Source: the human T2T-CHM13v2.0 reference genome, Homo sapiens. Taken from it: a DNA stretch of 64,000 bases. A program made the position numbers and the translations under genes. The DNA lies in the NCBI RefSeq assembly GCF_009914755.1, contig NC_060947.1, one strand, 5' to 3'. Positions 49,691 to 64,000 of this stretch are shown one piece after another (position 1 is the first letter of the stretch; each line of letters opens with the position of its first letter). The notes beneath the pieces were generated by a model that was not told the DNA's origin, ran no database searches, and was given only the letters and a program-made list of their open reading frames with translations.

Positions 49691-52600
49691 CTGTAAAGTA
49701 GAAAGAAAAATAGTGGCAAGAAACATGATTTCAAATGAAACCAGACATACCAATAATTCAGGAAATACTTTCTCCAAATGTGCTTATCAATTCATTTTTC
49801 TATAGAAAATAAAATACTTCTCAGAGCAAAACAGTTTTGTTTATAGATTTTAAGTCTCTAAGTTTAAAAAATGTATCTTCTTTCAAAAGAAAATATAAAA
49901 AATAACTGCAACATAGAGCTTATGTATCAAATTGAGAGAGTGGCAATATATTAGCATGTTTCACTAGTGAGTTATTAAGTAACTTCGAATCAATGTAAAT
50001 AAAAATCAAGGCCTACAAATACACTCACCCCACACAAAATAACTTTTTCTTTTTGAAATAGTTTCTGCTTCAAAAACAAGGCATCCACATAAGCAAAGAC
50101 AGCATAATGAATAGAAAATATCACTTTTAATCAGATACTGCTCGAAATTTTCTGTTCATGTAACCTTCATAGCAAAATTTTTAAATAAAATTAAAATTAT
50201 AACAGCCCCCAAACTATGTTTATTTTTGTGCTAATAAACTCAGTGCTAGAGTCTACTGAAAACTACTGAAAAAAATAACAATTTGGCTCTGAACTGGGCA
50301 TACAGCAATCCATTCCTTTTATGATACCAGATAACTAGATTTCAGCACTAAGGATAAAACATTCACAGAATATAGTTTGCTACTGAAAATTTAAAGAGTC
50401 ATGTCATTGAACTGATAGAAGTTGTTTCATTTCAGGTGGATATCTGAGGCTGTTTAAGTATTCATCTGGCTTTTAATAAAACATATTTTTCTAGATTTAT
50501 GCAACAAAATGCATCATTATTTGGGATTCTTTTCTTTTAAATTACATTTCAAAGCAAGTAAATTCTTTTTATTTTAATCAACAAATAGAAACTGGAGAGT
50601 GAAGACTGAATTATTCCTATATGTTACCTTATTGCACAAAGTATGTAAAGTGTCTAGCTAATATTTTAAAACTTCTTATGTTGACCTAGTTCTGTGGGAT
50701 GCACATGATTCACACTCCATCACTCAGTAATTCGTGACAGGGGGAGGCAGATGTACCCATCAAAGGTATGTAGCCACAACTGAGCTACTGGAGGGGTGGG
50801 GAGTAGAAGAAAAAACTATGTGGGCAGATTGAAATGCACCCTCGAAAATTGTCAGTGTTCACTCTTCCTTCCTCCTTAACATGCCCCTTACTCCAGGACA
50901 ATATAGTGATTGAGTAGAGTAGTTAAATAATCTTGGCTGTGAAGTTTTGCTATAAAACTACAAAAATAAATTAGACACATGGTAAGAAATTTAAACAATG
51001 TGAAAGTACACCTCACCTTCTCTTCCTAGATGCCCAATCCCGTTTGCAAAACCAATAGATTGTGTACCTTCCCAGAACTTTTCCATGTGCATATTAAGGA
51101 ATGCTTTTTCCTTTGCACAAACAAAAACCCACCCAAAACCAAATACAGGAGCATATCGTACTGCACGACACTGAACCTTGCTTTTTTGTTCATTATTGTG
51201 ATCTCTATCATACGTGCAGAAGAATGCACAGTACAAAATAACATTTTACAGACTAATAATGAAGCCGACACCCATGTAATTCCACTCAAATCAAAAAGTA
51301 GCATTCCAGGAGCTGCCCAGGGGCCCTCCACAATCATAATTGCCCTTTCTCCCCTGGAGTCAATACTACCCTGGCCTTTTAAGATAATTTCCTTGCCTGT
51401 CTTCAAATTTTACAACCTTTGTATGAATTCTTAAGGAGTATTTTAAGTTTTTTGTGTGTTTTGCTTCTGAACCTTTTATAAATGGAATCACTCTGCATGT
51501 ATCAGGCTTTAGAGTTGCCCATGTTATCACTAGTAGCTGTAGTTCATTCCTTCCGTTGCTTTACAGTATTCCATCATATGACTACCCACGATTTACTTCT
51601 CCACTCTCCAATTGATGGGTATTTGGGTTATGCTCAGTTGTGCAGTGTTATAAACAATGCTGCTATGAACATCTGTGTACATGTGTACAAGATTCTCTAA
51701 GGTCCTGGTCTCCCCATCTCCCCTTCCAGTAACTGATTAGAATACAAATTTCAGGGGAGAAAGAACAGTGAAATGGACTCTAGTTCTAGCTCTGCAAGTC
51801 ACGTAACCTTTCTGGCTATTTGTTACGTCATGTGCAAAATGGTGCAAAGGTAGGCTTGTTCATCTCTAAAAGGCCTTCCAGCATTTAGAACTTTATTACC
51901 TACATTGAAAGCTACTGTTAAAATATGGATACTTGAAACAAAATGGATATTCAACTATCTCTTATCCACCACCTCCATTCCTCCCTTCCTTCCCTTAATG
52001 TTGTTTAAAGCCTTTCATATTTTCCCTGTCTCTGTGCTACATTTTGGATAATTTTTCTCATATATTCGGGGTCACTAATTTGCTCTGTATCTCTTTCATC
52101 TCTTTAACTCTTAAAGTCATCTATTGAGTTTTTTATTTCAGTGTGTTTTTGCTTGAAAGAGATGCTGTTTGGTTATTTTCTGTGAATAATTACTCACGAT
52201 GCCTTTTTTCTTTATGTGCTTAGTTATTCTGTGGACAGCTCATTTTCTTTGAAAAATTACTTGTGAGATTTATGAGGGCTAGGATGAATGTGTGTTTCCA
52301 GACAGGATTTTCTGTTTGTTTCTGTCAGATGCCTGGGGCACCACCAATTTAAGTTCAATACACATGCTCCCAGGGCAAAAGTAGCATCAGTGTTCTCCTT
52401 ATCTCTCTGGGTTCCAGCCTTGAAAGTTTGATTTGATAATTTATTCTTAGAGTGTCAGCTTTTTGAAGCTTCTAAGAATGTTTTTAAAGGAGACTTCATC
52501 TATCATTTTCAGTTTTAATCAGGAGAGTTGGTCCTGCTTCATAAATTAAGCCTTTCATAAAGTCATGCTTTCATAAATTAAAGTACTTTGGCATCATTTC

Positions 52601-54351
52601 TAAATCAGTATAAAAATATACACTATTCTTTTTGACAGCTACATAGTATTCCATAGTTCAGGCACATCACAATTTACTTATCATACTCCTAATGATGTAT
52701 GTTTAGATTTGGACCAATATTGTAGTTTATAAATACTACATAAACATTCTTGTAAAATCATCTTCATCCTTAGAAGAGATTTCTAGAAGTGAAACTGCAA
52801 GAGTAAAAAGACATAAGTAATTCATATTTTAGCAACTATAATAACTTTTCCTCTGAGAAGGTTGGGTCACTCACTATACATTCACAAAAATACTATAGAA
52901 GAATGTACTTTTATATTAAGAAAATTAATATTTTGTCAGGTATTACAATTTCTTTTTTCACAATTTGTCTTATTACTTTTACTTTGTTCAGGGTACAAAA
53001 ATTTTGAATAGATCAATGTCTTCATTCATGGTTCTGTCTGTTATGATGTTTATCTATTGTTCAAATTCATGTCTAATATGTGTTCAATAAGCATTTATTA
53101 AAGTGAACTCACTCTAATAATGAAATAGTTGCAAAATAATTTTAAAACAACCTGCAAAGTATAAATATTTACCACCTGGCCCTTTCCAGAAAAAGTTTTC
53201 CAACCCTAGGCAAAGAAGAAAAAGTTCAATAACACAGCAAGAAAAGAGACAAATCCAAAAGAGAGGATACAACTAGCGTGGCCTCCTCTTTAGCATAATT
53301 TTTAAAAGGGGGAAGGGGGAATTATTCTACATAAAAAGACCAATAAGAGATATAATCAAATGCGAGTAAAAACTTTGATAGATTGGATCCTGGAAAAAAC
53401 AGTTATAAAAACATTTTTGTGATAACTAAATATATTTGAATATGGACAAGATAGCAAATAAGATTAAGGGATCATTAACAATTTTCTAACTTTGATAATG
53501 GTATTATAGTTGCATGAGGAGAATATCCTTATTTTTAGGAGATTCCTGCTGAAATACCTATGAGTGAAATATAACATGTGCAACTTTTAAATGGTTCTAC
53601 AAAAATATATACACACATACACACACAAACACAAACACATGAGGCCAATAAGATTTTTAAAAGTAACAAGAATTGAATGTATTGGGGATACAGAGATAAT
53701 CACTGTATTCCTGGAATGTTTCTGTATATTTGAAAATGCTATAAACAAAAAAGGCAGCTTACAAAAGAACATACATCTTATAATCACATTTCTATGTAAT
53801 GCGTATATTCATTTAAAAATCTGCAAGAATATACAGGGCAAAGTGTTAAAATTGGTTATTGCAAAATAGTGGAATCACAGACAATCATTAGGTTTTTTTT
53901 ATTTTGTTTTGTTTTGACATTTCTTTGCAAAGCCTCAGTATTTTACAGGGAATGTTCATTACCTTGGTACATTTGGGAAAAAAAATAAAAACTCTTTTGT
54001 GGAGCTTTTTATGGAAAATATGAGAGTAAACTGTTCATGTCTGGAATGCATTATGATTTATCATATTCGCTGCTACTCTAAAAAGATACTGTGGTATACT
54101 GATCCCAGAAAGAATGTGTTTTCAAAAGTGAGCTGCTTCTATTTTGTCTCATGAGGCTTATTAAATCTATATAGTCTTACTACAAAAAAGGTATGTTTAG
54201 ATGATACATTTATAAGTAGTATCATAATATTTGTACAGAGGTGCCAAAAAGATAAAGATCCTTTGAAATACCATTTTTACCCAAGCACCAAGTTGCTTAT
54301 ACTTTAAGGACCTTTCTTTCAATGTTCTTTCCTTCATTTAGAATAACACTA

Positions 54352-54477
<126 letters not shown>

Positions 54478-54479
54478 CT

Positions 54480-54503
54480 AATAAATAAATAAATAAATAA
54501 ATA
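54480..54503. repeat. (AATA)6 microsatellite abutting the exon 5 acceptor
   Basis: Six perfect units read directly. Confidence 0.95.
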
Positions 54504-54616
54504 CACTAAGACTGAAATTTTGCAACAATTGAAAATTCACAAAACTAACAAAATACAATTAAAGTATATCCAGTCAGAACAGTTTCCCTAGTGTGTATAA
54601 AATACACACTATTTTA

Positions 54617-54988
<372 letters not shown>

Positions 54989-55635
54989 TTATTATGATTC
55001 CTACTACTACCACCTAACATTTATATACTGCTTTACAAAGTATCAGCTGGTTAGCTTTCTTTTTAAAGAGTAAACATTTTTCCATTTATTTATTTAAGAG
55101 ACAGTGTCTTGCTCTGACACCCAGGTTGAAGTGCAACATAATAATCATAGCTCACTGCAGCCTTGAATTCCTGGGCTCTCATTAGCTTTTTAAAAAATCC
55201 TAAAATCCCATAACTGGAGAAAATTAAAATTATGCTAATTTTACAAATGAAAAAACTGAGGCTTAGAGAGATTTTGTATTGATCTGAAACTTCAGGGGCA
55301 TAATTTCCCTTATGTCCAATATCTCAAGATATTGTGAGCTGTTACTTCCTTTACTAAAGCAATTTTGCTTCATTTTATTCCTTATTTAATCCAATATTAT
55401 ATTTATTGGTATAAAATGTGATTTTCAGAAGCAAAAATAAAGTTAATTTATAGTACTGCTGTCACTTAAGTGACCACCAAATGTACTACAATTCAAATTT
55501 ATATCAAAAGCATGGTCAATTTGTATAACATTTGTTGAAAGGAGATTCAATGTATATATTTAAAAGATTCAATCTATATATTTTTAAAGTTCAAAATTTT
55601 AAGTATAAAACCACCAATATTTAAATGATAGGTCA

Positions 55636-55857
<222 letters not shown>

Positions 55858-57034
55858 CTAAAAGAAAGGGAGCATTATAGGAGGAGTAGACAAGAAAAAA
55901 TCGAATGTGAAATAAATAAATTAAGTCCTTTTGTTTCATGTAGTTGTCATTTGTAAAACTCAATCTTATAAATGAGTAATGAAAATAGTAAAAACTAAAA
56001 TAAAATAAAGATATTAGGGGATGAGGAAATATAAGAGTTATAAAAACTTTATAAATAGCAAGGTACTTAGATTTAATATTTTATTCAGGTTTGTCCAGGG
56101 ACTGTCACATTCTTGATTTCTATATCAAAATTTTATTGTAATCTATTTATAAGTTCTAACACTTTTCATGACTAACCTTTGGAAATTCTAACATTTATCA
56201 TGAGTCAAACTCTAGTGAAGATTCCTTCTCTCGCACAGCTAATTTAAGGATGACCTTCATTCCCATTAAGTCTTAGTGTATATGTATTTATGATCAGACA
56301 AATTACCCAAGGAATTCAGTTGCATTCTGTTGCATACCTGACAGCTGCAGTACTGTCAGGTAACCAGACAGTACTAGTAGACACCTTAAGAGCTCTTAAT
56401 GGAAAATAACCTATAATAGAGTCAAGATGAGCTTAAAACCTTAAACCCTGATGTGGGTGTGGAGGGGAATACAGCTAGTATCGGGTACACAGGTGAGGGG
56501 TCCTAAAAGTGGGACAGCCAGAACCATCCTAGCCTCACGGAATGATTTGGTCAGTTTATATCAGAACCTGAGACCTCAAGTTTAAAATAGAGGACAACTT
56601 CTTAATGGTACATATAGCTGAAAGCCTCAAGATTGGTCCCAGGGTAAACTAACACCATGAGGATCAAATCCCCCTTTTCCCTGAGACAAAAAATCTAAAA
56701 CCCCTTCTCAGAATTCCAGCAGCACAGATACATCATCTAGATGATACAGGAAGGTAGCTCACATTAGAGCAAGAATGAAAGTAAGGCTCTTCAACCCACA
56801 TACCCAAATATGAATCTTCCCCTATAAGGCTAATTGCCAAAGTTGATTCTTCACTTGTGCAGAGAGACAGCTTTTCTGTAAACCCATATCCTCCCTTTCT
56901 CCCACCAGTATCATGGAGTATAATGGACTATGGGAAAAGACATTAGTAATAAGAATGTGTTTGGCAGGCAAACAGCACAGAACTATGTATGTATGCATGT
57001 GTACACACACATATTTGCAATCTATAGCTCTAGA

Positions 57035-57322
57035 ATAGTGCCATCCAATAGAAAGGTAAGTGAGCCCCAAATATAAGGCATATAATTTTAAATTTTCTGG
57101 TAGCAGTAAAAAGATGAAATTTTAATATATCTAACACAATATATCTAAAATATTGTCATTTTAATTCAATGTAATCATTAAAAAATTAAGAGATGTTACC
57201 ATTTCTATTCATCTTTGAAATTTGATGGTTGACATTTACAACATGTTTTAATTCAGACTAGCCACATTTCAAAAGTTGAATAACTACATCTGGATAGTAG
57301 CTACCATATCAGACAGCACAGC
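57035..57322. mobile_element. MER33 MITE
   Basis: GTGCCATCCAATAGAA...TTCAGACTAGCCACATTTCAA...GCTACCATATCAGACAGCACAG. Confidence 0.75.
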
Positions 57323-57403
57323 ACCAGAATACATTAACCTCTATCAACAACACACCAATAGCTATGCTTCAGGTATACTTGACAATGACCTCAATTTTAT
57401 TGA

Positions 57404-57706
<303 letters not shown>

Positions 57707-58341
57707 AGTGACCTCAATTTTGAAATGCCTGCCACATAGATTCTTGTCAAAACTTGCAGAGACAATTCCTACCCAAGAGAGAAAGCCTAAGAAGAAAAAA
57801 GTTAATCATGTATTCCTTTAGATTCAGCTCTGTTTCAAGTCCTATTACCACATTAAACATCATGCCTCGGGCTTTTATGAAGTGTTGATCTGGGAAAACA
57901 CTAACCTTGTTTTCATTATTTACTCTAATTTATGCTTGTTTGTATTTTACCTATCTTTGTAAGCTGGCTTAATTCCTTCTTGGAATGAGGTAATAAAAGA
58001 ATAGATGGATGGATGGATCCATAGCCAACCCAAAGGAAAACTGCTTCTATTGCTTTCTATTTTGGGGGAAAACTGCTATCAAAGACCCACCTTATTATTT
58101 AATAAGGTATTCACCTTATTACTCAAAACCTTTTACAAAATACCACAAACAGTAAATTCTTCTCAGAACTTAATGTTAGAAAAAAATCTTTTCCCTTGTA
58201 GTATGTTCCCTTCAGTTGTAAAACCCATCATATTTACTTTTTTGCCTTAACTGTTAAAACTAAAGGTAATTGTTCAAGTGTAGTTACTTCTCTTAACCTG
58301 AGTTTTTGGCATAATTATTTCTACTCCCACTTTATTTCTAG

Positions 58342-58619
<278 letters not shown>

Positions 58620-59184
58620 TTATTTCTGTTTTTAAAGTAACTGAATATTTTACCCTAAACTAATATTTCCCTTTTTTTTTTTAAGAAGTTGAGTATAAAT
58701 GTAACACCAAGATAGAAGCAGGACCTGAATACGCCCAAAGTGGAAGGGTTAGAGGCAACTTTGAAGCACTTACTTGTAGATATCAGGGTGAATTCCAGAG
58801 CTTTTAAAACAGGGCATTTGAGAGCAGGTTAGAAGTACAGAATTCCTGAAGCACCTTAGGGGGTAAGTCAGTAGGGACTTAGGTAAGTAACGTGTGGAAA
58901 AGATAGTGGTCCATTGTAGAGAGAGTGCACTAGAATACAACTTCGGGTCAGGGAAGCAGCAATTATAGGTCCACCTACAGGGAATGATGCAGTCTCCTGC
59001 CTTGGGTAACATGTTAGTGGCAAAGCTTTACAGGGTCCAAGCAGGGGACCCACTTCAAGAGAGTGACGATTGCAATTAATGACACATAAAGGAATTGTTT
59101 TTTCCTTATCTAGGTGAATAGGGGATCTTGAGTAAGTGTAAGTAACTGATGACAGCCCTGGCTTTTGTCTAACAGTAATATAAC

Positions 59185-59410
59185 AGAGTAATAGCTACTA
59201 CTAACTGAGTTCCTCCTATGTGTCAAGCTCTGTGCAAGACACTTTACAATGTCATTTGACTTAATTCTCCCCTCTCAGAGTCAGAATGATCCCAAATTTC
59301 ATAAAGGAGGAAAATGAGTTCACAAGAATTACATTCCTTAAGGTAACACTGGTAAGTGGCTCAGTTGGGATTCAAACCCAGGGTACGTGTGTTCTTTCTA
59401 TTATATTACC
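59185..59410 (-). mobile_element. MIR SINE
   Basis: ACTGAGTTCCTCCTATGTGTCAAGCTCTGTGC...AAGGTAACAC...GGGATTCAAACCCAGG. Confidence 0.7.
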
Positions 59411-60289
59411 TTGACTACAGTAAAACACTATAGGGTATACCAGATGTTTTTCCCCTACCATTTCTTTAAAGGAAAAGAGAATGGAAAAAGACAATTCCAA
59501 ATAACTTTCAAATAAATGTATAATGCGCTTTTAAAAGATTGCTTTCAAGATAAAATAGGATAGCTTTCAAATTATTTTCCTTTTGCATTCTCTATGTATT
59601 ATAGAGGATACATACGTATTACAGAAATTCAAAATAATCCCTATTAATATAAAAGTACTTGGTAAGGCAAAGCCTGATTCATAATTCCAACTTGACATTC
59701 CTCCCCCCACACAAACAATAATGATTCACATTTAAAAATGAATTTCAAACTTTCTAAAACATTTAACAATATTCCACATAGAGGTGATAATATAATGATA
59801 AAAATTTTCATTGAGCTTCTAATTAAATGGATAGGGCACACAAAATAAGGCAATATCTGCTTTTCTCTCCTAAGTAGCACAAAAACTAAAGTTGTATAGT
59901 GTACTACTTTTGGAAGAGACATTTCTAACTAGTAATGATAATTTGTCTTAATTCATAAACACTTCAAATCACATAACTGAATACATTTTCAACCAGGAGG
60001 ATGCAACATTACCCAAAAATACAGAGTCAGAGAAATATTATTGGTGGAGACACCCAGTTACAAAACTCTAATTTCCTATTGGTTTTCTGTGCCTTTTTAC
60101 CTGTTACTTAACACTCAATACCAGTGAATATTTTAGAACAATTTCCAAACTTAAAAAAGTGAATACTTGCTCAAAGGTCAGTTCTGCATTTCAAAATATA
60201 ACATAATAAAAATCTCTGAGTAAGTTTTTAGAAAAAGTAATGCTTACCACTTGTCTATGGAGAACAATTATTTGTCTCTCCAGATTTCA

Positions 60290-60723
<434 letters not shown>

Positions 60724-61062
60724 CTAGTCAAATCACTAATAATCTTATTGTAAGTGAAAATGCACATCTACTATCATATTAATAAAAATTAGAAAGTTAT
60801 AATAGAAAAATAAATACATAATTCTAGTTACATATGTATTTACACATTTCCAAACAACTCAAAGGCTTTATGACTCAAAATGGCAAGACAAAAAAAACAC
60901 CATCAGGTTGTACTCAGATAACCTTAAGAAAAAAGAACAATGTAATATGTATCATTTCATGTACAGAACTGAAAATTGACTTAGACAATAAGACTCCAGA
61001 ATGAACTCTATGAACTATACAAATGTTTAAAAGGTCTGAGACCACCAACTGAATTATTATTA

Positions 61063-62037
<975 letters not shown>

Positions 62038-63234
62038 TCAAGTCTTTGTGCTGATCTAATTTTCAAATGCAAATTGATTCCAGTTGATGTTTCTAAACCT
62101 AAAAAAGAAATGAGGAAAAACTGCCATGAAGTAGGAAGGGTTGAAAAGAAAACACGTTTCTGTTAGAGAACTACAACATAGGTAACTACACATTTTATTA
62201 AGTAAACATTTTAAGCTTTTTATACTATTTTGACAATATCATACTTATAAAAAAAATTCTAAATATTATTTCTGTAGACGCTTTAAAAAAGTTTGCTAAG
62301 AATTCAAATAACCATATCAAAAAAGATAACTGAATGTGTCAACAGCATATATTTAAAGCTTTAGATGCTCTATTAAAAGTGACTTCAGATATTTGTTCTG
62401 GCTCAGAAAATTGCTTAAGGGTTATACTTCTCTGTTTCAAACCTAACAACTCTAATGTGGTTTCCCACTCTCTGCCTTAGCCCCTTTAGAATGACAATTC
62501 AATTAGGGGTTTACTTGTCTTGCAACTCACTCTCCCCAAATACGTTGATTTTCAATTATACTTCTCCCACAGCCCAGGCAATTGGGCTTCTGCTTTCTAG
62601 AGACAGGAGCCTATACAGGCTCTAAGACAAAAAAGAAACCCCAGGAATAAAAATAGGAGATGCTGTAACAAGGCTTTAAAAAATCTCCATAGGATTAATA
62701 AAAATAAATCTTAGTTTACAAAGGCAATGCATTTGTATGCATTTGTATGACCCAACAAAGTCACTATTCTTATTCAAATTAGAAAAAATAGAGGATTAAC
62801 ATAATTTATTACAATGAACACAAGAATTAAATAATATCAATCATTCAAGCTTATTATATGGCAGGTACAATACATGCATTATTTAATTCTAATAACTATT
62901 GTCTTAAAATAAGTACCCTTATTATTCTACCTTTTAAGCAAGAAAGCCTTATTTTAAAGAAGATAAGAAAATTTTCCAAGGTTACAACACTAATCCACAG
63001 TTAACAGAAATCAGCAATGGTGCTAGTTTGGAAAAGGGGCCTTCTGACTCTGGAGTCTACACTTTTAACTACCACTCTGCCCTGGCATGCATTCCCTTAT
63101 TCTGAACAAACTCATTGTAAGAAAGGTAACTTGAGAGAATTAGTAAAATAAAGGATAAAAGAATATCCTCAATATTGAACACATGTATAAAAAAAAGTTG
63201 TTGATATCTCTTTATTCAGTCTTCTATGAACTGC

Positions 63235-64000
63235 ATACAAGAAATCCTAGCCAAAGCAATTAGGCAAGAGAAAGAAATAAAAGACATCCAAATTGGAAAG
63301 GAGAATGCAAAACTGTCCTTGTTTGCAGATGCCATAATCTTATACTGAGAAAACCCTAAAGACTCCACCAAAAAACTGTTAGAACTAATAAATTCAGTAA
63401 AGTCACAGGATACAAAATCAACATACAAAAATCAGCAGCATTTCTATTTGCTAAAAAGCGAACTATCTGAAAAAGAAATCAAGAAAACAATTCCATTTAC
63501 AAAAGCTACAAAAAAAAATAAGATAACTAGAAATAAAGTTAACCAAAAAGGTCAATGATCTCTACAATGAAAACTATAATATACTGATGAAAAAAATTAA
63601 GATGACACAAACTAATGGAAAGATCCCATGCTCATGGATTGGTAGAATTAATACTGTTAAAATGGCCATACTACCCAAAGCAATCTATAGACTTAGTGCA
63701 ATGTCTAGCAAAATATCAATGACATTCTTCACAGAAATAGAAAAAACAATCCTGAAATTCATATGGGACCACAAAAGACCCCTAATAGCCAAAGCAATAC
63801 TGAGCAAAAAGAATGAACCTAAAAGCATCATACTACCTGACTTCAAAATATACTATAAAGCTACAGTAACTGAAACAGCATGGTACGGACATAAAAACAG
63901 ACACATGGACAAATGGAACACAATGGAGAGGCCATAAATAAATTCATGCACCAACAACCAACTAATTTTTGACAAAGGTGCCAAGAACCACACATTGGGG
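63235..64000 (+). mobile_element. L1MA-like ORF2 fragment in the upstream FANCB intron
   Basis: ORF 63587-63937 ([23 protein letters not shown]...) is degenerate ORF2p. Confidence 0.88.

Noticed and set aside
50991-51700. Overlapping 72-134-aa ORFs on both strands in intron 5
   Set aside because: They lie in degenerate old L1-like sequence and show no protein-like features.
58700-59170. GC-richer block starting TGTAAC, possibly an LTR
   Set aside because: I could not identify a family, a second terminus or a TSD.

Overview
Eukaryotic genomic DNA, human or a close primate. It is recognisable as the Xp22.2 FANCB locus and its downstream flank, not a microbial window. The minus strand carries all eight coding exons of FANCB (conventionally exons 3-10, ATG at 62028, stop at 40086). 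They join by GT-AG splice sites into a 2580-nt, 859-aa CDS. The rest is mostly repeats: a 5'-truncated L1PA, a ~6.2-kb L1PA, older L1 fragments, about ten Alus, a near full-length Tigger1, hAT MITEs, solo LTRs and a processed NPM1 pseudogene. The most notable signals are four. (1) A strong splice donor inside the last FANCB exon pairs in frame with an acceptor 7 kb downstream, giving a candidate alternative last exon that swaps the C-terminal 30 aa for a 20-aa basic tail. (2) The long L1 appears to be a young-5'/old-3' chimera without a target-site duplication (TSD), suggesting a recombination-deletion scar. (3) That L1 carries a likely 44-nt 3' transduction. (4) One MER5-like element is interrupted by both an Alu and the NPM1 retrocopy. 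I see no evidence of a wholly new gene system. Repeat subfamily names come from recalled consensus sequences, and boundaries of old repeats are approximate.
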